From Trypanosoma brucei (lineage: Eukaryota): a stretch of DNA of 64,000 bases. The stretch lies in NCBI GenBank assembly GCA_000002445.1, contig CM000208.1, positions 3,296,001 through 3,360,000 of the forward strand. Reading direction: 5' to 3'. This document shows, in pieces, positions 56,201 to 64,000 of this stretch. The notes under the pieces are model-generated. The model was given only the letters and a program-made list of their open reading frames with translations. It did not search any database and was not told the origin of the DNA. A program made the position numbers and the translations under genes. Each line of letters starts with the position of its first letter. The first letter of the stretch is position 1.

Positions 56201-57640
56201 GGATGCGCAATGAAGGTGGCAACGGTGGAAAGCGCTGCGAAGAGGATTGGGGTAGAGGAAGTGCCAGAGGGATACGACGAAGGAATAAGAAAATGAGGCT
56301 CTGCTTAGTTCAAGAAACGGACCCGACATGGGATGAAAAGTGTACAAGTGGTGGCGGGATAAAGGAACACGGGAACGCCGAAGATGACGGGCTGCACAGG
56401 GAAGGGAGGAGCAGATGGTGGGGAAACCGCATGAACTTACCACCCTTCAATTTTCACAGCCACGTGGCGGGCTCCGGTGGGGTTGGGAGGGGCAAGGGGG
56501 ATGGGGAATAAATATCGCAGAATTACCGCACCCCTCGTCCTGGATGAATCCGGTTCCTTGGCCACGTTGGAACGTTGAACCGAATAGACCGTGTAAACTG
56601 CGCGCCATCAGGCGGCTCGAGGCTACAGCACTTTCAAACACAGCGAAAGTGGCGATCCCGAAGCAGACAAGGGATTTGTTCTGCAAGGAATAAAAGGAAT
56701 TCCACACCTCGTTACACAAAGTGGCGTCTCCACCTTCCACACCCGGGGAAAGTAACTTTGGGGCGCCGGAGCATCACTGCTTTTGCGCTGCCTCAGTTCC
56801 ACCCGCTTTCTCACAACGTCTCCGTGGTAAACATATTTCGTAACCCGCTATCCCTGCTGATGCTCACAGCTGCATCGGCCTCCAAAGGATGGAGGTTGGA
56901 ATGGGCTGTTGTAAACTCTCCTCCGCCTGTAGGGTCCCAAATTCGGAAAGATTGAAGTCTCAGTGGTCTGACCCAACGTAATATCTGCATATGCCCCCCT
57001 TCGGTGATTTAGCGGCACATTGGGTAGGAGAGACTGATTGGACGACTACAAGCTCCAGCCAACGAATTCGATTGGATTTGGTGGCCGTAAGGGCTCTAAT
57101 TGCCTGGAACAATTGCTTTAGAGAGCTTTTTGGGAAAATGCCTCCCTAACCCCAACGACATCAAACTACGCACGGGGAGGGGGAAACTATTTACGGCGAA
57201 AGCGGGCTCGAGAGTCACTGGCTTTGCGAATAGCAGTTCACACCTGCCCTGCGGATGTGCATGATTTGGTGGGAAAGGTGGAAAGTTGGAAATGCTGCCA
57301 CTATGCGGTTCGAGGGTCAGGAGGATCCGCTGTCATATGATCAAGTGATGTGTCTGAGAAGGAGGGAGAAGGGGAAGGGGATGCCAGAAAGGCCGATTCG
57401 CCGCGGCCCACGCGCTGCAACATGAGAACTCTTTGCTCAAACAGCGTGGGACCCGCAGTGAGAAAGTATGGTGGGAGGGTGGGCTTTGGTTTTTCCAACT
57501 TCCTGCGAAGAGATCGACCGTTACAACTTTGTGTCAATCCATCTGGTGCCGACCTACTCTTATTAACATTTCCGCCGTTTCGGTTTGTCCTCACTACTTC
57601 TGATGAGAGAACAACCGCAAAGGGCATTGACTACGCTCCA
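53250..57640. other. GC-rich (~60-67% GC) non-coding island with a strand-skew switch; function unknown
   Basis: No ORF above 181 aa on either strand. The longest ORFs are Pro/Gly/Arg-rich composition artefacts. 53.25-54.95 kb is strongly C-skewed on the + strand (for example C=30 vs G=8 in 54181-54240). 54.95-56.55 kb is G-skewed on the + strand (G=30 vs C=9 in 56461-56520). It is flanked by normal AT/purine-rich spacer. Confidence 0.6.
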
Positions 57641-58000
57641 AATGAAAGATAATTAAAAAAGAGAGCACAGGGAGAATGAAATGCAGCGACGGGCACTGTG
57701 CGGAACAACCGCCACTGCCGCATTCGTACCAATATATGCGTAATTTGAGCAATGCTACTCCAGTGGAAGGATGAAGGGAGGGGAGAAGGTTTGTTCCCCA
57801 CCACCTCCACCGGTCCGTTACTCAAACACAACGTCCCGAGGACAGCTATGTTTGAAAGTAAGAAAATGTCGATAAATGGGGTTAGATGGATCTTAACAAC
57901 ACATAAAGAAATAAATTACGGGGGAATAGGAACTGGAGCATTAGTCCCAGCCAAATACCCCCATATCGTCACCCATTTCCTTCATCCCCCGCAGTACTTC

Positions 58001-59149
58001 TCATACCCGAGGTGGAATGAGTGACTCGGAGGGGCCGAGATACTTCACCCCACACCCGACAGGGGACTGCAGTAACATCTCAAACGGCTTCTTCGGGTGG
58101 TCAATCAGCTTCTTATATTCGTCGGGAAGCGATACAACCTTGACTTTCTCAAGTAACTCGCGGTCTCCGAAGAAAAACTTCTCGAATGGTGTTGGGAAGT
58201 GCTCCATGAGCATAGCCACGGCTTCAGGAAGGTCCTCCTTAAGAACAAACAAGAAACAGTTCGCCCCGGCATCGAAGGTGTAAGCCAGTGCTGTGCGGCC
58301 CTTCTTCGCATTGTAGGCTTTCACGAGGCGGATCATCGCGTAGCTGTCCTCCGTCGCATACGTAATCTTCGGTTCGGTGGTCGCGCATATCTCCTGCAGG
58401 TCGTCCGATTCAAGCATTGCAATCTCTGCAAAGGTTGCGAAATCCCTCGCCTTTATAGCTCTCGAGGCAATTTTCATGCGCTCCGGTACAGTTTCTGAGA
58501 TGCGCTTCTTCATCAAAGGCGACGTTTTGAGGGACTGCTGCATGCCCTTGGTGCTGGAGACATCCTTCTGTGCCCCTTTAAGGACAGCGCACATCACCTG
58601 TATCTCGGGCCAATGCGTTTCGTCAACAAATTGTGTGGCCACACAGTCGCTACCATCAGGTTTCTCCCCCTTGTTCCATATAACGAAACCCCCAAAGGCA
58701 CTGCGGCAGGCGCTGCCAGATCCAAGGCGAGCAAGCATTGAGACGTTAGTGGTGGACTTGAAAGCACGGATGAGCGCCGCCGACATGGCGCAGTAGCCGC
58801 TAGCGGAAGAGGCCATCCCAGCGGCAGTTGGGAAGTTGTTCTCCGATACGATGTTCACCTTTTTGTTTTTCAGGTCTTCGGGGCATGTGCTCCTGAGATG
58901 AAGGAGCATCGACTGGACCCGTGGAGTCTTTCCCACATCAACCTCGGTGCCGTTCAGTCGCAACGTGTCTGTCTCGATGTCGTCCCTGAGTTCCACGGAG
59001 GTTTTGCTACGAAACGGGCTTGCGGAGAGCGTGATGCTAAAAGAGTCATTTGTGGGGAGTATCAGCGTCTCTCCACCCTCACGCTTACCCCAGTACTTGA
59101 TAAAAGCGATGTTGATGGGTGCCTCGACGGTGGCACACTGGTCGGACAT
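58001..59149 (-). CDS. MVD: diphosphomevalonate (mevalonate-5-pyrophosphate) decarboxylase, 382 aa
   Basis: GHMP-kinase fold with the MVD signature APINIAFIKYWGKREGG and the NDSFSITL region. The track start at 59257 is TTG; ATG at 59147-59149 (MSDQCATVEAP...). Confidence 0.9.
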   Translation of the reverse strand: MSDQCATVEAPINIAFIKYWGKREGGETLILPTNDSFSITLSASPFRSKTSVELRDDIETDTLRLNGTEVDVGKTPRVQSMLLHLRSTCPEDLKNKKVNIVSENNFPTAAGMASSASGYCAMSAALIRAFKSTTNVSMLARLGSGSACRSAFGGFVIWNKGEKPDGSDCVATQFVDETHWPEIQVMCAVLKGAQKDVSSTKGMQQSLKTSPLMKKRISETVPERMKIASRAIKARDFATFAEIAMLESDDLQEICATTEPKITYATEDSYAMIRLVKAYNAKKGRTALAYTFDAGANCFLFVLKEDLPEAVAMLMEHFPTPFEKFFFGDRELLEKVKVVSLPDEYKKLIDHPKKPFEMLLQSPVGCGVKYLGPSESLIPPRV

Positions 59150-59351
59150 GGCGCCGCTTTGCCACGCAGCAATTAATCCTTCCCTCGCTTTACCTACGCT
59201 GAGGTCAGTAAGAAAGGGGAAGTAAGTACTGAGGAGAAAAAGTGATTGAGAAAACAATTTAAAAGCTACAAGCTCCGTTCACATTACGATTTCCCCCCTC
59301 TTTTTGCGGATAGGAAACGCCACGCCTGGGTCGAATCTGCGACCCGCAATG

Positions 59352-60377
59352 CTAGGCCACACTCCGGCAGGAACGCAAGATGGTGGCCACCCTGTTATGT
59401 GCGGCGAAGGAGGCTTGTGGTACACTTGGCGGGGTCAGCGGAGCCACCGAGGCCTCAGCCTCCCAACCAAATCCTACAAGAGCCGCTAACGCATCTTCGG
59501 CATCGGCGTGCTTCTCCGTGCTTTTTGACACCATGCGCCGACCTGTCAGCAGGGCCAACGCAAAGTCGGCATCGTCAGGATGGAACAACTCCACGACTGT
59601 AGCGAATGAGCCACCGTTGGAAGCAAAACTGAAAGCGTAATCCGCAACGGGACCAACGTGTCTGGTGAGTTTCGATAGCAGCCCCGCGGGGTCGCAAGTG
59701 GACAGCGGCACCGGCACCGCGTTTCGTATCCGTGCGCTCGCTAGTGGGGTATTGCCCTGCACAAAGCCTTCACTAGATGGGCCGCTAACGTCGGTGGCTG
59801 CCGTTGTTTCACCACGAAGCAGTGCCGTCAACTCTCCATCCGTCTCACGAATGCCTTCCGTCGTCCTCTCCAACGATTCTTGCGCGCGGCAGTACGACTC
59901 CTGGAGCTCCAACAGTCTTTGCAGCAACTCCCCGCCCTCAGCCGCCTGCTCGCTAGTTTCCAACATTTCCGGAATGGCACGTACAAGCAGCTCATCCATT
60001 TGCAAGTCGCGGGGCATCAGGTGGTTCTTTGGGAGATTTGGATTCATTTCCAACTTAGTTTTCTCCTCTTGTACGCCCCCCGCGGCGCCCTCTAGAGTAG
60101 CCACTGCAGCCGTTTGTTTCTTGAACACGTTGGAGTGTATTTCGATGGCATGATTCTTCAGCCGTTCGCCATCAAGGTGGTCTACCGCCAGCCGCGCCGC
60201 TGAACTCTGGTGGAAACGAACCCAGTAAAATGACCGTTGCCGGGAAGCATCGTATCGCATTTTCAACTCATCAATGTCCCCAATAATACGCAACCATTCG
60301 TGCACATCTTCAGCGAGTACCGCCGAGAGGTCATCAACAAAGACGTGCACAACCCTTGCGTCACCTCGATCGGCCAT
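59352..60377 (-). CDS. hypothetical protein with two RRM-like modules (putative RNA-binding protein), 341 aa
   Basis: The track start at 60491 is TTG; ATG at 60375-60377 (MADRGDARVVHVFVDDL...). N-terminal VVHVFVDDLSAVLAEDVHEWLRIIGDIDEL...SFYWVRFHQSSAARLAVDHLDGERL and C-terminal ADYAFSFASNGGSFATVVELFHPDDADFALALL both resemble a beta-alpha-beta-beta RRM topology. Confidence 0.55.
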   Translation of the reverse strand: MADRGDARVVHVFVDDLSAVLAEDVHEWLRIIGDIDELKMRYDASRQRSFYWVRFHQSSAARLAVDHLDGERLKNHAIEIHSNVFKKQTAAVATLEGAAGGVQEEKTKLEMNPNLPKNHLMPRDLQMDELLVRAIPEMLETSEQAAEGGELLQRLLELQESYCRAQESLERTTEGIRETDGELTALLRGETTAATDVSGPSSEGFVQGNTPLASARIRNAVPVPLSTCDPAGLLSKLTRHVGPVADYAFSFASNGGSFATVVELFHPDDADFALALLTGRRMVSKSTEKHADAEDALAALVGFGWEAEASVAPLTPPSVPQASFAAHNRVATILRSCRSVA

Positions 60378-60786
60378 TGCTTTCAGGAACAGGGAAGGAG
60401 AGGGATTGTCGCGCACACGGGCAGGGAGAGGGGCAACAGTTGGTTCACAGAAAGACGTACAGAACAACGGAGGCCCGCAGTACGTGCTCAAACTGGCATA
60501 GGGACCATACGTTTAAGAACACCAAATTGAAATAAAGGAAACAAAAAATAAAATAAAATAAAGGTGATCGTTATGTACCCGATAAAATGATGTGCTTTAT
60601 ACTATTGCGGAGGATTGGGGGAATGATAAACTTGCCGCTGAGCTACTAAATTTCATGCGTTTTGTGCCAGTTACTCTTACGACAAACGATGGCGATTTCG
60701 CCGCAGATGCAGTTAAGAAACGATAGTCCTATTTATTTATTGTTAGAAGTGAAAGTATCTCGAAGTATCCCTTCTAGAGAGGAAAG

Positions 60787-62370
60787 CTACAAAGTGTCTT
60801 TGCTTCTTTCCGCGGGTGTTTGGTCTCCCACCAACCTTCTATCTTCGCTTGCGACTCGGGAGTGAGGTGTACTCGCCTCACGTGACAGTATGTAGTAGAC
60901 GGCAAGCCAGCACGGAATTGCAAGACCAAGGAATGCGAATATCACAAGAAGAGCATTACGTAGCTGATACTTGCTGACGCAGTGTCCATCCGTGCTATTA
61001 CCCGTTTTGTTTATCCACTTGCATAAATTGTCAATGTCGTTTCCGCACTGGGTGTTATTACCATGCGCCGGACATCCTCTCGAGAAGGCATTGTCAGAGA
61101 GATAACCAGCAAGTGTTGGTGACGGGAAATCGCCTAGCAAGTGAATAAGAAGAACGGAGTAACTCACGGCATATGCCCTTTGATCCCATGGGACCACTGT
61201 TAGTATTGCTGAGTTAATGGGTGCTGTGACTGCAAAGAGAGTAAACACCGAAACCACCAGAAGCGATGTAAACAGCCAAGTAACTTCCATGAACAATGCA
61301 GCAAGTCCTGCGGGGACGCTGACGGCAATCATGACGACGCAAAAAAGCTGACACTTCATAGTGCCTGAAGAGCCAAGGCTCCCTCCAAGTTTGTCCACTA
61401 CAACGCCTCCGACGATGGATCCAATGATACCGGTAAGTGCTGTGGTACCGCCCATGATCATTGATGCCGTCATGTTGGTAAGCTCCATCGGCCCATCAAC
61501 TAGAAAAGGTATTGACCATACCGAGAGGCCGCCGATTACGAAGCAGTACATTGCGTAACCGAAGACAACAAGGAGATACCGTGCGTTCGTGAAAATGTGA
61601 AAAGTGGCCTTATGTATCGGGAGGTATTCGTTGTCGCGTTTCTGGCGCATGTTGTATCGTTTGGGGAGGAATACGATAAGTAGCAAAATCGGAATGGCGG
61701 CGATCGCAAGGGAGAGAAAGGTTACACGCCAGCCCTCCAGACCCCCTACGGAACCATACGCACCCATCACACCACCGGCAGCCATACCAACCGCTGTCCC
61801 GACGGGGATCATAGAGTAGAACGTGCCTATCCACGATGTCCGTGACTCGGGTGGTGCAATGGCATCAATCACCGTCACTGTGAAACCAACAAAGGCGGCC
61901 TCTCCCACCCCATCAAAGATTCTGCAGGCGAGAAGGAACTCATACGAGCGTGCCAGGCCGGTTCCAACTAAAGCAGCAGCCCATGCAATGATGCCTACGG
62001 CGATGATCCACTTGGATTGTACGACACCTCCGAGCCCAGCGAACAGGGGACAGGCGACCATGAAGCCAATCATGAAGCCTGAGAAAAGCAAGCCGGCCTT
62101 CGTATCCGTCAGAACATTCGATGACCCCGCGATGGTCGGATCACCCTTAATGACGACTAAACAACCGGCAATGGCTCCGCGGTCGTAATACGTGACGAAG
62201 TTGAGAAGCGTGAAGATGGAAAGAACAATGCGAGGTGTCATGAGCCGCCCCCACCGTGATACAGGTTCCTCGGCAGTAGGATCAACCTCCTCAGGTGTAG
62301 TTTGCACTTCTTCATGTTCGTTCGTTTCGTGGGGATCGTTCCTTTGCGTTTTATCTTCGGAAGCCATCAT
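60787..62370 (-). CDS. major facilitator superfamily (MFS) transporter, 12 TM
   Basis: ATG confirmed. 12 hydrophobic helices. MFS motif-A-like RIFDGVGEAAFVGF, GAIAGCLVVIK and FMIGFMVACPLFAGLGG. Confidence 0.85.
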   Translation of the reverse strand: MMASEDKTQRNDPHETNEHEEVQTTPEEVDPTAEEPVSRWGRLMTPRIVLSIFTLLNFVTYYDRGAIAGCLVVIKGDPTIAGSSNVLTDTKAGLLFSGFMIGFMVACPLFAGLGGVVQSKWIIAVGIIAWAAALVGTGLARSYEFLLACRIFDGVGEAAFVGFTVTVIDAIAPPESRTSWIGTFYSMIPVGTAVGMAAGGVMGAYGSVGGLEGWRVTFLSLAIAAIPILLLIVFLPKRYNMRQKRDNEYLPIHKATFHIFTNARYLLVVFGYAMYCFVIGGLSVWSIPFLVDGPMELTNMTASMIMGGTTALTGIIGSIVGGVVVDKLGGSLGSSGTMKCQLFCVVMIAVSVPAGLAALFMEVTWLFTSLLVVSVFTLFAVTAPINSAILTVVPWDQRAYAVSYSVLLIHLLGDFPSPTLAGYLSDNAFSRGCPAHGNNTQCGNDIDNLCKWINKTGNSTDGHCVSKYQLRNALLVIFAFLGLAIPCWLAVYYILSREASTPHSRVASEDRRLVGDQTPAERSKDTL

Positions 62371-62644
62371 TCACTACTGTAGTCGAAAAAAGAGGCGGGG
62401 TATGGGAAGCTTTGTCCGCTGCTTAGCGGTAAGCGTAGCAATGGATTGAAACAAATGAGAGGGCGAGGTGGGTGTTGTGTGAAAGGCGTGGCGCTTTGTT
62501 TTCACTTTCTGTTAATAAGCGGTTTGCACAAATGAATCTAAGTGTATTGTTGATCAACAACTAAAGGAAATAAATAAGTCACGAACGAATAACATCAAGG
62601 GAAGCTCCCATGAACTTGAAAGAATTATCTGTCAGTTGGGCAGG

Positions 62645-63064
62645 TCAGCAGCCTGTGATCCCTCTCAGCGCATGTAGGGCAGAGACAACACGGTGTGTTG
62701 GAGGGAGAATGTCAACCAGAGCCCAGGCAGCACGCGCCCACTCACCCTGCTTTTCTGTATTGTTGATGTGAAGATAGAAAACGGAATTGTTCCACGCCTC
62801 GACCGTAAAATATTCCAAAAGGAGTAGGGCGAAAGCGGAGGAGTTATTGGCGGTTACGCCCCTTTCCCCAACCGCACCGTAGCGCCCAAGAAAGGTGCCG
62901 ACGGTAATACCCATCACGGGAAGAGAAAGGAAACTCATGAGGTGCTGCACTACGCACATTTGCTCTTTTCTGTCGGATCCCAAAGTGAAGGCTCTGTACA
63001 GGCAAGAGAGGTTCTTTGTAAGGGTTTCAGCAACCGCTTCCTCTTCACCCGCTTGCGTGAGCAT
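62645..63064 (-). CDS. small hypothetical protein (139 aa); may be the remnant of a disrupted longer gene
   Basis: ATG confirmed at 63062-63064. The same reading frame as ORF 63260-63670 is open upstream, interrupted by a TGA at 63110-63112. A third frame (62950-63240) overlaps. Confidence 0.3.
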   Translation of the reverse strand: MLTQAGEEEAVAETLTKNLSCLYRAFTLGSDRKEQMCVVQHLMSFLSLPVMGITVGTFLGRYGAVGERGVTANNSSAFALLLLEYFTVEAWNNSVFYLHINNTEKQGEWARAAWALVDILPPTHRVVSALHALRGITGC

Positions 63065-64000
63065 TGAGAGGAGATAATTACGTTACCCTTAATGAAGAAG
63101 TTCCTTGCATCATTGTCTTCCGTAGTGTGCAAGTGTGGCAGAGCCATATGTATGATCATTTCCGTGTCGCTGAAGTTTGCACCTTCTGCTTGACAAGTCG
63201 TGAAGCAGCATGGCAGACCCAAATGTTGGGAGCGCCGCACTGCTGACGTTGGCGGCGGGTTAGGAACGTAACGAATACTGCCAACGTTGCGTATTTGTAG
63301 CTAACGTCCCTGAATCCGACATATAGACCTGCTGGTGGCGTTGCAGCGTAATAATACCGTTATTATGATCACTGCAGCGGCACAATGAAGCCATGTGAGC
63401 TGCGGCAAATAATTGGTGGCGAAGCAAGTTAACTAACGGCTCTATGTGTGAGTGGTCGTGCTCACGGCAAAATCTGAACCCCCCTTGAACACAGAAGGGG
63501 AAGTCGTTTCTGATAAATGACAAGACCGAGGGGGAGGGCGAAGCCGCAAAGGAGTCCCGCTCACCGTTGTTGTGGGTTGCAAACGATGATATATTGCACG
63601 AATGCTCCAAGAGCGGAATGGCGTCACAAAAACCTACCTCTGATCGCAGATGCCCATTCCCTCCAACCAAGAAAAAAAAAGAGCAGAAGAGACGATTTCA
63701 CCGACATGCAAAAAGAAAACAACATCACGTTAACATCATCTTTCCCTCACAAACCAGCTTGCTCACCCATTCCCGCTGCATAAAACTAGAGTATTTCCTA
63801 CCTTTGTTTCACAAGCACACCCAAGTTTGTTCTTCTAGCTCACACCACTGGTCAGTGCTCCCTCGCCATATGATACGCGAGAAGTTTGCATACTACACAC
63901 GTGGGTATAATTTCCTCTCCGCCTTCTTGCCCAGCAAAGTACACAACCGACAAAGAAAATGAGGGAAAACTATAAGGCAAACACGAGAAGTTAAGTGCTT

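Noticed and set aside
63260-63670. Minus ORF of 136 aa as an independent gene
   Set aside because: The track start is TTG and the first ATG-encoded Met is at residue 93. It is better explained as the N-terminal part of a disrupted gene (see finding) or as non-coding.
1-64000. Prokaryotic-type systems (CRISPR arrays, defence islands, operons, integrons)
   Set aside because: The sequence is clearly eukaryotic kinetoplastid (unidirectional intronless array, trans-splicing-type spacers, flagellar/tubulin/GPI genes). No direct-repeat/spacer arrays or mobile-element ORFs such as transposase or integrase were seen.

Overview
The window reads as trypanosomatid nuclear DNA, most likely Trypanosoma brucei chromosome 10. 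The call rests on gene content and order (GPI8, aconitase, an RP2-like TBCC protein and PF20 on the same strand), about 50% GC coding sequence, AT- and (CA)n-rich intergenic spacers, and the absence of introns. No database search could be run. All 64 kb is one unidirectional polycistronic unit on the minus strand, transcribed from high to low coordinate. It holds about 30 protein-coding genes separated by 0.25-2.7 kb spacers with purine-rich (+ strand) tracts, the polypyrimidine trans-splice signals of the minus strand. I found no tRNA, rRNA, snRNA, CRISPR or prokaryotic operon features. The supplied ORF track uses non-ATG (TTG/GTG) starts for many ORFs, so I re-anchored gene starts to the first in-frame ATG. 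That correction gives a 319-aa GPI8 and an aconitase beginning MLSTMKLL. Genes I recognise are aconitase, GPI8, diphosphomevalonate decarboxylase, uracil-DNA glycosylase, PF20/SPAG16, tubulin cofactor B, TTLL9-like ligase, an RP2-like LisH+TBCC protein, V-ATPase subunit C, an ATP12 assembly factor, a PAP2 lipid phosphatase, a nucleotide-sugar transporter, an MFS transporter, a membrane-anchored J-domain protein, a PPR protein, a BTB/T1 protein, an NTF2+RRM protein, an exportin-like karyopherin and a Yippee-like zinc protein, plus several hypothetical proteins. The main anomaly is a ~4.4 kb GC-rich block (about 60-67% GC) with no coding potential, lying between the V-ATPase C and MVD genes at 53.25-57.65 kb. 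Its G/C skew switches strand near 54.95 kb. It is unlike every other spacer in the window and could be an internal transcription boundary or start region, a degenerate retroposon or pseudogene remnant, or a long ncRNA locus.
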